From contig CP051526.1 in NCBI GenBank assembly GCA_050916045.1, positions 1,760,001 to 1,824,000 of the forward strand: a DNA stretch of 64,000 nt. The letters are read 5' to 3'. The notes beneath the pieces were generated by a model. It was not told where the DNA came from. It ran no database searches and saw nothing but the letters and a program-made list of their open reading frames with translations. Positions 27,630-36,925 of the stretch are shown here, piece by piece. The DNA comes from Tepidisphaera sp. (lineage in GTDB: Bacteria > Planctomycetota > Phycisphaerae > Phycisphaerales > UBA1924). Numbering within the stretch: the first letter of the stretch is position 1; every line of letters begins with the position of its first letter. The position numbers were made by a program, and so were the translations under genes.

Positions 27630-27679
27630 CCCCCTCCGCCTCGAAGACTCGGCACCTCCCCCGCCGGGGGCGGGGGAGG
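27630..27679 (-). repeat. 50-nt hairpin-palindrome repeat, right outer copy (inverted)
   Basis: Reverse complement is CCTCCCCCGCC-CCC-GGCGGGGGAGG-TGCCGAGTCTTCGAGGCGGAGGGGG. Confidence 0.95.
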
Positions 27680-27758
27680 AGAGGAACCGGCGTGGGCGGA
27701 GGGACCTTTACCGTTTCTTCGTCCGCGAACACGCTCGGGCTCGCGGCCTGACGGCTTT

Positions 27759-27797
27759 GGAGCGGCGGGGGGGAGGCCTTCCGCCGCTTCTTTCTTT
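27759..27797 (+). terminator. Probable intrinsic terminator downstream of eno/DUF559
   Basis: GAGCGGCGG...CCGCCGCTTC stem followed by TTTCTTT. Confidence 0.6.
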
Positions 27798-27823
27798 GCA
27801 ATCACCCCCCGGTCTGGTAGCAT
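27796..27823 (+). promoter_or_regulatory. Putative sigma70-type promoter for the beta-helix cassette
   Basis: TTGCAA-16 nt-TAGCAT with extended -10 TG; GGAGGAG SD follows at 27884. Confidence 0.55.
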
Positions 27824-27898
27824 TGCTCTCAAGCACGCGGGCGTGCCGGGAGGGCCTTGGGCTCCCCCGGTGGGGCTCGCTTTGGAGGAGCGTTCGCT

Positions 27899-29116
27899 AT
27901 GGGTTTCACGAAGCACGGGCGGTCGGTGGCGGCGGCAGGGATGAGGGCAGGGGCAGGGGTAGGGGTGGGAGCGGTAGGGTTCCTGGCCGGGGGGCTCAGC
28001 GCCGGGGCCGTGGCGGTGGTGCTGCTTTGGACGGGGACCGTCGGAGCCGGCCCGCTTGATCCGCCCGCCGGGCCTGTGGCTTCGACGTTCAAGACCCTGG
28101 GCGAGGTTGAGCCGAGGGTCGCGATCAACGCCGCCAACACCCCCGGTGATGCCGACAGCCTCTTCCGAATCACCCAGCCCGGGTCGTACTACCTCACGGA
28201 CAACGTGACGGGTGTCTCGGGCAAGGTGGGCATCGAGATCAGCGTCGAGAACGTCACCATCGACCTGAGCGGCTTTACGATGACCGGCGTGCCGGGGTCC
28301 CTTGGCGGGATCGTCGCGAGCCCCTTCAACCGCGACGCCATCACCATCCTCAACGGGACCGTCTCCAACTGGGGCGGCAGCGGCATCGACATGCGTTCGG
28401 CCACCAGCCTCGGCCTGGGGTACCGCGTCGAGGGCGTCCGCGCCAACTACAACGGCCAGCACGGGTTCTCGATCGGCGACGGCGCGATCCTCATCGGCTG
28501 CTCCGCCCAGAACAACACCTCGCATGGGTTCAACTTCGCCAACCACGCCACCGTGCAGAACTGCAACGCGTACAACAACACGGGCAGCGGGTTCGAAGGC
28601 GGGTTCGGGCTCACGATCACCTCCTGCGTCTCCCGAGACAACGAGACGCACGGGTTCAACATCAGCTTCGGCACGATCTCCCTGTCCGAGGCCTCGCGCA
28701 ACGCCCTCGAAGGCTTCCGGACCGCCCGCGGCCTCGTGACGGCGTGCTCCGCGAGCTTCAACGCCGGAATCGGCGTGGTCATCACCACCACCGGCTCGAT
28801 CACCAACTGCTCCATCCACGGCAACACCGGTGGCGGCGTCAGCGTGCTCAACACCTCCACGGTCCTCCACAATCAGATCAACGCGGGCGTCATCGGCATC
28901 GCCGCCGGCGGCGCCGACAACCGCATCGAGGGCAACACCGTCACCGGCGCCACCACGGGCATCAGCGTCACCGGCACCGGCAACATCATCATCCGCAACG
29001 CGGCCTCGGGCGGCACGACCCGCTACTCGATCGTCGGGGGCAACTCCACCGGGCCCATCGTCACCGCCGCCGGCATGGCCGCGCTGACGAACCCCGCCGC
29101 GAACTTCGACTACTGA
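27899..29116 (+). CDS. Secreted right-handed parallel beta-helix repeat protein
   Basis: Signal/anchor then AGPLDPPAGPVASTFKTLGEVEPR..I..PGSYYLT.N, repeated C.A.NN...GF turns, C-terminal TNPAANFDY. Confidence 0.85.
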   Translation: MGFTKHGRSVAAAGMRAGAGVGVGAVGFLAGGLSAGAVAVVLLWTGTVGAGPLDPPAGPVASTFKTLGEVEPRVAINAANTPGDADSLFRITQPGSYYLTDNVTGVSGKVGIEISVENVTIDLSGFTMTGVPGSLGGIVASPFNRDAITILNGTVSNWGGSGIDMRSATSLGLGYRVEGVRANYNGQHGFSIGDGAILIGCSAQNNTSHGFNFANHATVQNCNAYNNTGSGFEGGFGLTITSCVSRDNETHGFNISFGTISLSEASRNALEGFRTARGLVTACSASFNAGIGVVITTTGSITNCSIHGNTGGGVSVLNTSTVLHNQINAGVIGIAAGGADNRIEGNTVTGATTGISVTGTGNIIIRNAASGGTTRYSIVGGNSTGPIVTAAGMAALTNPAANFDY

Positions 29117-29167
29117 TCGCCGCTCGCCACCGCCTTTCCCTCATGCTGACCACTGGAGCCAGAACAC

Positions 29168-30226
29168 ATGAACCGCACCGCCGTCGTCGCCGCCGTCGCT
29201 CTCTTCGCCCTCGCCGCCGGAACGAGCCTGCTCATCGCCGGCCCGCTTGATCCGCCCGCCGGGCCGGTTGCGCCCACCTTCAAGACCCTGAGCGACGTCG
29301 AGCCCAGGATCGCCTTGAGCGCGGCCAACACCCCCGGCGACGCCGACAGCGTCTTCAAGATCACCCAGCCGGGGTCGTACTACCTGACGGGGAATCTCAG
29401 CGGCCTCTCCGGCAAGAGCGGGATCGAGATCACCGCGAACAACGTCACGATCGACCTCCGCGGGTTCACGATGCAGGGGGTTGCGGGCTCGCTCGACGGG
29501 ATCACATCGACGGGGGTGGTCGGGGTCGCGATCCAGAACGGGTTTATCATCGGGTGGGTCGATGGGATCGATCTGGCGCTCGGCGGGCAGAGTTGGGTCT
29601 CGGGCGTCAACGCGTCGGACAACACGGGCACGGGTCTCCGACTTGGAAACGAAGCGATCGTGCGCGAGTGCACCGCCTTCAGCAACGGCGGAAGCGGGAT
29701 CTCGGTCAGCGGCACCGGCAGCGGCGTGATCGAGTCGTGCATCGCCCGGTCCAACACGCTTGACGGGATCGTCCTGTCAGCCTCAGGCGTGGTCAGGAAC
29801 TGCGAGGCGCGGGGCAACGGCGGGGCGGGCATCCGCTCTTCGTCCAGCGGATACTCGCACATCACGGAATGCTCCGCGGTCGAGAACGTCGGCGACGGCA
29901 TCCGTGTCGGCAACGGGGCGACCGTCTCGCGGAACACATGCTCGTTCAACGGTGACGCCGGGATTGGAGCCGGGATCCGCGTCATCGGCGTCGACAACCG
30001 CATCGAGGAGAACAACTGCGCGTCCAACGAGCGGGGCATCGAGGTCACGGGCTCGAGCAACTTCATCGCCCGCAACACCGCGACGGGCAGCATTGTCAAC
30101 AACTGGGTCATCGCAGCCAACAACGTGGTCTTCGTCGTCGTCGGCAACAACGCCGGGGCGTTCACAGGGTTCTCCGGCGGCACCGCTCCGGGCTCAACCG
30201 ACCCCAATGCCAATTTCTCGTACTGA
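29168..30226 (+). CDS. Secreted right-handed beta-helix protein, paralog of 27899-29116
   Basis: Signal peptide, AGPLDPPAGPVAPTFKTLSDVEPR, C.A..N.G.GI repeats, DNRIEEN, C-terminal TDPNANFSY. Confidence 0.87.
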   Translation: MNRTAVVAAVALFALAAGTSLLIAGPLDPPAGPVAPTFKTLSDVEPRIALSAANTPGDADSVFKITQPGSYYLTGNLSGLSGKSGIEITANNVTIDLRGFTMQGVAGSLDGITSTGVVGVAIQNGFIIGWVDGIDLALGGQSWVSGVNASDNTGTGLRLGNEAIVRECTAFSNGGSGISVSGTGSGVIESCIARSNTLDGIVLSASGVVRNCEARGNGGAGIRSSSSGYSHITECSAVENVGDGIRVGNGATVSRNTCSFNGDAGIGAGIRVIGVDNRIEENNCASNERGIEVTGSSNFIARNTATGSIVNNWVIAANNVVFVVVGNNAGAFTGFSGGTAPGSTDPNANFSY

Positions 30227-30342
30227 TCGATCACCGCGGAAGCGGCAAGCAGGCCGGGAAGCCGCCCATTCCCGCCGCTCACGTCCGATGTTCGAGGGCA
30301 GGCCCGGTTCATCGGCCTTAGAGCGAGCGCGGAGGAGGATGT

Positions 30343-32199
30343 ATGCGTCGTGTGTGGTCGGGTTTGCTTGGACTAGCCATGCTTGCGCCGGCCGCGTCGG
30401 CGCAGACGGCTTTCACGTACCAGGGTGAGCTTCGGAGCGGGGGGAGTCCGGCGGCGGGGCTTTACGACCTTCGGTTTCGGCTTTACGACGCCGCGAGCGG
30501 CGGGCTTCAGGTCGGGACCACGCTCTGCGCGGACAACGTGACCGTCGTGGGCGGCCGGTTCACGGTCGCGCTGGACTTTGGACCCTCGTTCACCGCGGCG
30601 AGGTTCCTTGAAGTGGACGTGCGGCAGGATTCGGGGCTGAACTGCGGCAGCGCGGCCGGCTTTGTGACGCTGACGCAGCGGCAAGCGGTGACGCCGGCGC
30701 CTTCGGCGACGCACGCGGCGACGAGCGGGAGCGCGGGCAACGCCGACCAACTCGGCGGGCAGAACGCGGCGTTCTACCTCAACGCGGGGAACCTGACGGG
30801 AACAGTGAGCGATGCGCGGCTTTCGACGAACGTGCCGCGTCTGAACGCGGCGTCGACGTTCTCGGCGGTGCCGGCGTTTAACGGGGGGACGACGGGCAGT
30901 TCCGCGCCGTTCAGCGTCGATTCGACGTTCAGGGTGACGAACCTCAACGCGGACCTCCTCGACGGGCTGGACAGCACCTCGTTCGCGCTGGCGAGCCACA
31001 CGCACGACGCGTCGGCGATCGCGAGCGGCACGCTGTTGGACGCACGTCTCTCGACGAACATCGGCAGGCTGAACGGCAACCAGAACTGGACGGGCTCGAA
31101 CGTCTTTAGCGGGAACAACAGCTTCAGCGGCGATGGCGCGGGGCTCACAAATCTCAACGCGAGTCAGATCGGCAGCGGCCAGGTGCCCGACAGCCGACTT
31201 CCCCCGACGGTCGCGCGGCTTGCCTCGGCCAACACCTTCACGAACGCCCAGACGATCTCGACGGGGGCGCAGTTCCCCTTCACGGTGGTCGGGAGTTCCG
31301 GCGGCGGGGCCTGGCTTCGTCTGAGCAACACCTCGGCGGGCGGGCGTGAGTGGAGCTTGATCTCAACCGGCAGCGGCAACGGCGAAGGAGCCGGCAAGCT
31401 GCTTGTGCGGGATGGTTCGGCGGCCTCCGTCCGCATGGCGTTTGATACCGACGGTGATGTGGGCATCGGCACCGTCGCGCCGGCGGGCAAACTCGATCTC
31501 ACCGCGTCTGACCCGCGGTTCGCGATTCGCAACATCAACGACGTGGGTGGCGGTTACATCCAGCAATCGGGAAACGCACTCCAACTTGGCCTGTACAACC
31601 CGTCGGCGAGCGGATGGGGCAACGTGCCCGCGAACGGGTTCCGAGCCGCGCTCGGAGTGGACAACACGGGGCGAGTGGGCAGCCTCACGAACACCGGCCT
31701 CGCCCCGACATTCCGCAACATCCTCGACGACGGCAGCGGAAACGCGAGCATCCAAGGGAGCATCACGGCCAACAACCTGCCCGCGATCAAGGTCGTTTCG
31801 ACGGACGTCGCCGGCTTTCTCGAGTCACGGTCGGTCACCCTGATCGAGAACATCACCGTGAACGTCCCCGCGAACGGCACACTCAAAATCACCGCCCGCT
31901 GCCCAGCGGCACTCACCGCTTACGACACGCAGACCTCCACCGCCACACTCGAACTGAAGGAGACCACGGGCGCGGAGGTCACGATCCGGCAAGCTGTCTT
32001 CTCGATCACCCCCGGTGTTGCCGGCTTGGCGATCGCCGAGTGGAAGGGCGAACTCACCCTCGAGCATCACATTCCCGTGTCCGCCGGACCGCGGTCGTTC
32101 AAACTGCGTCTGCTTCACACCGACCAGGGATTCTCGCTGAATCGAGTGTCCTACGACGGCGCTGAGATCTCGGTGATGTACATCCCCGGATCGCTGTAG
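30343..32199 (+). CDS. Secreted fibre/adhesin-like protein with N-terminal 'AFTYQG' domain and tail-fibre-like repeats
   Basis: GGAGGAGG SD, signal peptide ASA-Q, TAFTYQGEL..G.PA.G.YDLRF.LYDA..GG, NLNADLLDGLDS, three DARLS.N..RLN-type repeats, G.VGIGT..P. Confidence 0.8.
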   Translation: MRRVWSGLLGLAMLAPAASAQTAFTYQGELRSGGSPAAGLYDLRFRLYDAASGGLQVGTTLCADNVTVVGGRFTVALDFGPSFTAARFLEVDVRQDSGLNCGSAAGFVTLTQRQAVTPAPSATHAATSGSAGNADQLGGQNAAFYLNAGNLTGTVSDARLSTNVPRLNAASTFSAVPAFNGGTTGSSAPFSVDSTFRVTNLNADLLDGLDSTSFALASHTHDASAIASGTLLDARLSTNIGRLNGNQNWTGSNVFSGNNSFSGDGAGLTNLNASQIGSGQVPDSRLPPTVARLASANTFTNAQTISTGAQFPFTVVGSSGGGAWLRLSNTSAGGREWSLISTGSGNGEGAGKLLVRDGSAASVRMAFDTDGDVGIGTVAPAGKLDLTASDPRFAIRNINDVGGGYIQQSGNALQLGLYNPSASGWGNVPANGFRAALGVDNTGRVGSLTNTGLAPTFRNILDDGSGNASIQGSITANNLPAIKVVSTDVAGFLESRSVTLIENITVNVPANGTLKITARCPAALTAYDTQTSTATLELKETTGAEVTIRQAVFSITPGVAGLAIAEWKGELTLEHHIPVSAGPRSFKLRLLHTDQGFSLNRVSYDGAEISVMYIPGSL

Positions 32200-32219
32200 C
32201 CCGTTCCTACAGTCCCGCC

Positions 32220-33176
32220 ATGAGCGACGGCGCTTCGCCCGACCCGGATCACGCAAACCGCCGAACGATGCGTGTCACGCTCGTGGGCATGGCCGTGAAC
32301 TTCGTCCTCGCGATGGTCAAACTCGTCGCCGGAATCCTCGGCAACAGCTACGCCCTCGTCGCCGACGCCGTCGAGTCCTTCGCCGACATCGTCGGGTCCG
32401 CGATCATCTGGGGCGGCCTCCGCGTCGCCGCCAGGCCCCCCGACGACAACCACCCCTACGGCCACGGCAAAGCCGAAGCTCTCGCCTCCCTCGCCGTCGC
32501 CGGCCTCCTCCTCGCCGCCGCCGTCTGGATCGTCGTCAAGTCGATCCACGAGATCATCACCCCCCACAGCACGCCCGCCTGGTGGACCCTCGTCGTCCTC
32601 GTTGTCGTCGTCGCCACCAAGGAAACCATGTTCCGCGTCGCCAGAAGCGTCGCCCGCCGCGAAGGAAGCACCGCCGTCCACACCGACGCATGGCACCACC
32701 GCGCCGACGCCATCACCTCCCTCGCCGCGTTCATCGGCATCGCCATCGCGCTCATCGGCGGCGAAGGATGGGAGCCCGCCGACGACTGGGCCGCGATCCT
32801 CGCGTCCGTCACCATCGCGTGGAACGCCGTCACCATCGCCCGGCCGCCCCTCTCCGAACTCCTCGACGAGCGGCCCGGCGACATCCCCGAGCGAGCCGCA
32901 GCCGTCGCCCGCACCGTCGACGGAGTCCGCGACGTCGAGCAGGCCCACGCCCGCAAGGGAGGCGTCCGCTACTGGGTCGACATGCACGTCGAGGTCGATC
33001 CGCACCTCTCCGTCCACGAAGGCCACATCATCTCCGGCAAGGTGAAAGCCGCGATCCGCCGCGAGATCCCCGAGGTCGCCGGCGTCCTCGTCCACATCGA
33101 GCCGCACGAGCCCGCCACCACGCCAAGCCCTACGAAAGCTCCGCGTGCCGAGGGCACGACGTCAGATGGTCGTTGA
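32220..33176 (+). CDS. Cation diffusion facilitator (FieF-like) transporter
   Basis: SYALVADAVESFAD, PPDDNHPYGHGKAE, DAWHHRAD, VDMHVEVD..LSVHEGH, VLVHIEP. Confidence 0.94.
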   Translation: MSDGASPDPDHANRRTMRVTLVGMAVNFVLAMVKLVAGILGNSYALVADAVESFADIVGSAIIWGGLRVAARPPDDNHPYGHGKAEALASLAVAGLLLAAAVWIVVKSIHEIITPHSTPAWWTLVVLVVVVATKETMFRVARSVARREGSTAVHTDAWHHRADAITSLAAFIGIAIALIGGEGWEPADDWAAILASVTIAWNAVTIARPPLSELLDERPGDIPERAAAVARTVDGVRDVEQAHARKGGVRYWVDMHVEVDPHLSVHEGHIISGKVKAAIRREIPEVAGVLVHIEPHEPATTPSPTKAPRAEGTTSDGR

Positions 33177-33699
33177 CCATCCCCGTCGCTTGCATGAACG
33201 CGTACATGATCGTCGGGCCGATGAACTTGAACCCGCGCTTCGCCAGAGCTTTCGACATCGCGACCGACACCGGCGTGCTCGCCGGGACGGACTTCATCGC
33301 CGCGTGATGGTTGATGATCGGCGTTCGCTTGCCCGATGGGTCGGGGAACGACCAGAGAAAGTCCGTCAGCGTGACGCCCGATTCCCGCAGGGCGAGGTAC
33401 GCTTTCGCGTTGAGGACCGCCGCGTTCACCTTGAGCCTGTTCCGCACGATGCCCGGGTCCAGCAGCAGCTTCTCGACCTTCGCCGGCGTGAACCGAGCGA
33501 TCTTCTCGGGGTCGAACTCGGCGAACACCTCGCGGTACCGCTCGCGCTTATTGAGGATCGTGATCCACGACAAGCCGGCCTGCGCCCCTTCGAGGATCAG
33601 GAACTCAAAGAGCGTCCGGTCGTCGCGCACGGGAACACCCCACTCTGTGTCGTGGTAGCGCTCGTAAAGCTCACCCTTGGCCCATGCGCATCGTGGCAT
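33130..33699 (-). CDS. tag: DNA-3-methyladenine glycosylase I
   Basis: RCAW, YHDTEWGVP, LFEFLILEGAQAGLSWITILNKR, GIVRNRLK, GFKFIGPT, FMQATGMVNDH...C. Confidence 0.97.
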   Translation of the reverse strand: MPRCAWAKGELYERYHDTEWGVPVRDDRTLFEFLILEGAQAGLSWITILNKRERYREVFAEFDPEKIARFTPAKVEKLLLDPGIVRNRLKVNAAVLNAKAYLALRESGVTLTDFLWSFPDPSGKRTPIINHHAAMKSVPASTPVSVAMSKALAKRGFKFIGPTIMYAFMQATGMVNDHLTSCPRHAELS

Positions 33700-33738
33700 G
33701 GCCGACCGTAGGCGAGGCCCACGCGTCCGATCGAGCCA

Positions 33739-35085
33739 TCAGACTTTCTTCAGCACGTCAAACGGCCGGAACGTCCCCTCAAGTGCGTACTTGCTGTCAC
33801 CCTTCAGCCAGCCGTCGAGGATCCCCGCGTACACCGACCGGAAGTCGACGGTGTGCTTGAGATCGCCCTGGTCGAGGTCCTTGAGCGACGGGTGCCCGTT
33901 GAGCACGCCGGGCTTGACCATCGGCCCGAACATGAAGAGCGGAGCGGCGGTGCCGTGGTCCGTGCCCTGGCTTGCGTTCTGGTTCACGCGGCGGCCGAAC
34001 TCGGAGAAGCTCATCGTGAGCACGCGCTGGTCGTTGCCCTGCTTCTTGAGGTCGTCGTAGAAAGCCTTGATCGCGTCGCCCCATTGCTGGAGCAGGCGGG
34101 CGTGGTTGCCCTGAGCGCCGCCCTGGCCCGCGTGGGTGTCAAAGCCGCCGTGGCTGACGTAGTACACGCGCGTCTTGAGGCCGGCGCGGATCATCTTGGC
34201 GACCATCTGCAGGTCGCGAGCGACGCCGGTGTTCCCGTACTGAACCAGCGGGGTTGCGGCGACGGCTTTGCGGATCTGGTCGCTCGCCACCTGCGCATCC
34301 ATCGCGGTGCGAAGGAGGAAGGCGGCGTTGGAGTCCTCGGGCACGTCGCGGGCTTCGCCGCGGCGGTTGATCTCGTGGTACGGGTCCTTCAGGGATTCGT
34401 GGATGTCCTCGCCGGACCACTTGAAGAGGTCGGCGGTCTCGAAACTCACGGGTTTGGCGGCGCGGCCGTTGAGCGCCAGCGGAGCGGACCGTCCGATCGA
34501 GATGCTCGGCATGCCCTCGACGGTCGCGGGTTTCTTCTCGGCTTGCTTGGACCCGTCCGGCTTGCCGCTTTCACCCTTGCCATAGCCGCAGCACTCCGCG
34601 TCGAGATAGCGGCCCAGCCAGCCGTCGCCGGTGCCGTTCATGTCGGCCGTGTGCCAGATGTCCATGCTCTTGAAGTGCGACCGGTTGGGGTTGGGATAGC
34701 CCGCGCCCTGCACGACGCCCATCAGCCCCTCGTCGTACATGGCTTTGATGCCGCGCAGAGCCGGGTGGAGGCCCACGCCGTCGCCGCCGACATTGAGCAC
34801 CTGGTCTGCGGGGATCCCGATCGCCGGACGCGCCTTGTAGTACTCGCCCATCCCGAAGGGGACCATCGTGTTCAGACCGTCGTTGCCGCCGCCGAGCTGC
34901 AGCACGACGAGGATTCGATCATCGGGCACGCCCGGAACGCTCGTGACGCCCGCTTCGAGCATCCGAAGCACCATCGCCTGAGCGGAGCTTGAGATGAACG
35001 CCGGGACCGTGGCGGCCGCGGAGCCGAGCACGAGGCCGTTCCGCATGAAGAGACGCCGGGAGAACATGGTGGGGTCGTTCGACAT
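33739..35085 (-). CDS. DUF1501 domain protein with Tat signal
   Basis: SRRLFMR, LVVLQLGGGNDGLNT, GYPNPNRSHFKS.DIW, GGFDTHAGQ, FSEFGRRV..NAS.GTDHG, VDFRSVYA. Confidence 0.92.
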   Translation of the reverse strand: MSNDPTMFSRRLFMRNGLVLGSAAATVPAFISSSAQAMVLRMLEAGVTSVPGVPDDRILVVLQLGGGNDGLNTMVPFGMGEYYKARPAIGIPADQVLNVGGDGVGLHPALRGIKAMYDEGLMGVVQGAGYPNPNRSHFKSMDIWHTADMNGTGDGWLGRYLDAECCGYGKGESGKPDGSKQAEKKPATVEGMPSISIGRSAPLALNGRAAKPVSFETADLFKWSGEDIHESLKDPYHEINRRGEARDVPEDSNAAFLLRTAMDAQVASDQIRKAVAATPLVQYGNTGVARDLQMVAKMIRAGLKTRVYYVSHGGFDTHAGQGGAQGNHARLLQQWGDAIKAFYDDLKKQGNDQRVLTMSFSEFGRRVNQNASQGTDHGTAAPLFMFGPMVKPGVLNGHPSLKDLDQGDLKHTVDFRSVYAGILDGWLKGDSKYALEGTFRPFDVLKKV

Positions 35086-35157
35086 GGTTCACTCTTTCGG
35101 GGACGCTTGGGAAAAGCGGATCGTGGGTTCGGGGTCAGAGATTGCGTGCGGATCGGA

Positions 35158-36735
35158 CTAGCAGAGCTGATACTCCGGCATCGCGGTGATCAGAAGCAGC
35201 ACGCCGCGGAGGTGGTCGTCCGACAGCTGGTTCTCGTGCTCCTTCAGGAACGCAAGCAGCGGCTCACGCGTGTGCTGGGGCGTGCGCCCGAGCGTGAGCT
35301 TGAGCAGATAGTCGACCACGCGCTCGGGGTCGCGAGCGGCCGCCGGGTCGGCTTTGCGGAGCTCGGAAAGCAGTTCCGAAGGCTCGAACTTGTCCGTCTC
35401 CGCCGAAGCGTCGTACCCGTTGGCCCGCTTGCCCGTGAGCAGGAACGCCATGATGTTCTGACGCACGTAAAGCGTGCTGGTGTTGACCCACGAGCGGCCG
35501 CCGTCCCAGCCTTTGACGCTCGGCGGGTACCCGAGGTTCTGCCCCATCAGGTCCATCGCGTCGTTGATGATCGAGAGGTCGCGGACCGGCGTGTTCATCG
35601 AGCGGACGGCGCCGACGACGAGCGTCACCGGGCTCTTGATCTGCTCGTTCATGAACCGGGGTGAATAGAAGTGCTCGCTGAGGAACATGCGTCGCAGCAG
35701 CGGCTTGATCTCGTACCGGCTGCGGAGGAACGTGGAGGAAAGATCGGCGAGCGCGCCGCGGATGCCGGCGTCGAGCGTGTTGTCCTCGGCGCGTTCGAGC
35801 GGCGGGAGTTCCTTCACGAAGTAGTGGTAGAGCTTGCGAGTGATGAACCGGCTGCACGCGGGTTGCTCGAGGATGATCTTGACGAACTCATCACCGTCGA
35901 AGTTGCCGGTCCGTCCGAGGATCGTCTTGCCGGTTTCGTCGTGATTGTTCTTCTGGAAGACGAACGCGTCGTCGTTGAACGTGTACCCGGTGAGCGCCCG
36001 TGCGCCCTCCTTGATGTCCCGTTCCGAATAGCTGCCGATGCCGAGGCTGAAAAGCTCCATCAGTTCGCGGGCGAGGTTCTCGTTCGCCCGGCCCTTGCGG
36101 GAGTCGTTGTTGTCCAGGTACGCGATCATCGCCGGATCGCGGATGATCGCGAAAAGCAGATCCGCGAAGTTACCCGTGGCGTTCTTGCGGAACGTCTGGT
36201 TCTGCAGGAACATGTGGTAGCTGTTCTCGATGGTCCGGTAGCTGGTCGCGAAGTGGCCGTGCCAGAAGAGCGTGAGCTTCTCCTCCAAGGGGCGCGGCGT
36301 CTCGATCATCCGCTTCAGCCACCACTTCTGGACCTCGTTCATCTGCGAGCGGTCGCGCCGCTCGCGCATCTGCCGTTCGCGCTGCAGGGCTTCGAGGCGT
36401 TCCTCGTCGCGGTTGCGGCGGGCTTCGGCCGCGATGCGACGTTCCTCCTCGGTCGGGGGGCGCATGATGTCCCTGTCGAAGGCGTCGGCCACGACCGAGC
36501 CCCATTCGACCTTGTCGTAGTTGAGAAGGTAATCGACGGCTTTCTCGGGGCCCCAGCCCGCGAGGGTCTGGATCTGTGCGCTCGTGCCGCCAAACCCGGC
36601 GCGCCAGAGGAGGTGGCGGGCCTGGTCGTAGCCGAACCGGTCGGCGGCGATGGGGGACATCGACGCGACAATCCCGGTCGAGCCACCCGAGGCTTTGGTC
36701 TTCTTCCCCGCTCCGTCCGTTCCCGGCTGCATCAT
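35158..36735 (-). CDS. DUF1800 domain protein
   Basis: ARHLLWRAGFG, WWLKRM....PLEEKLTLFWHGHFATS, DPAM..YLDN, NENLARELMELFSLG, PPSVKGW, MPEYQLC; AGGAGG SD. Confidence 0.93.
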   Translation of the reverse strand: MMQPGTDGAGKKTKASGGSTGIVASMSPIAADRFGYDQARHLLWRAGFGGTSAQIQTLAGWGPEKAVDYLLNYDKVEWGSVVADAFDRDIMRPPTEEERRIAAEARRNRDEERLEALQRERQMRERRDRSQMNEVQKWWLKRMIETPRPLEEKLTLFWHGHFATSYRTIENSYHMFLQNQTFRKNATGNFADLLFAIIRDPAMIAYLDNNDSRKGRANENLARELMELFSLGIGSYSERDIKEGARALTGYTFNDDAFVFQKNNHDETGKTILGRTGNFDGDEFVKIILEQPACSRFITRKLYHYFVKELPPLERAEDNTLDAGIRGALADLSSTFLRSRYEIKPLLRRMFLSEHFYSPRFMNEQIKSPVTLVVGAVRSMNTPVRDLSIINDAMDLMGQNLGYPPSVKGWDGGRSWVNTSTLYVRQNIMAFLLTGKRANGYDASAETDKFEPSELLSELRKADPAAARDPERVVDYLLKLTLGRTPQHTREPLLAFLKEHENQLSDDHLRGVLLLITAMPEYQLC

Positions 36736-36925
36736 GAAGCCTCCTGCTTGTTCCGCCCACACAGGCTACTGCTTGAACGGAATCCCCGCGCGCGGATTGC
36801 ATCAGGACCGGCAAAGCAGCCCGGAGATCCGTACGAAGGCACAGTATCTATCGGACGGCCGGGGGATGCCAGTGAATTCACGGGTCCGGCTTGGTTTTCG
36901 GCCCTCACACCGCGGAGCAGGTCCT

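Noticed and set aside
26950..27679. Classical IS element or MITE
   Set aside because: No DDE, HUH or serine transposase is encoded and no target-site duplication flanks the inverted repeats. Reported instead as a REP-like cassette.
27899..32199. Prophage tail module
   Set aside because: All three proteins have signal or anchor peptides, and there are no capsid, terminase, integrase or baseplate genes nearby.
32220..33176. Magnetosome MamB/MamM
   Set aside because: Generic CDF motifs only, and no other mam genes.
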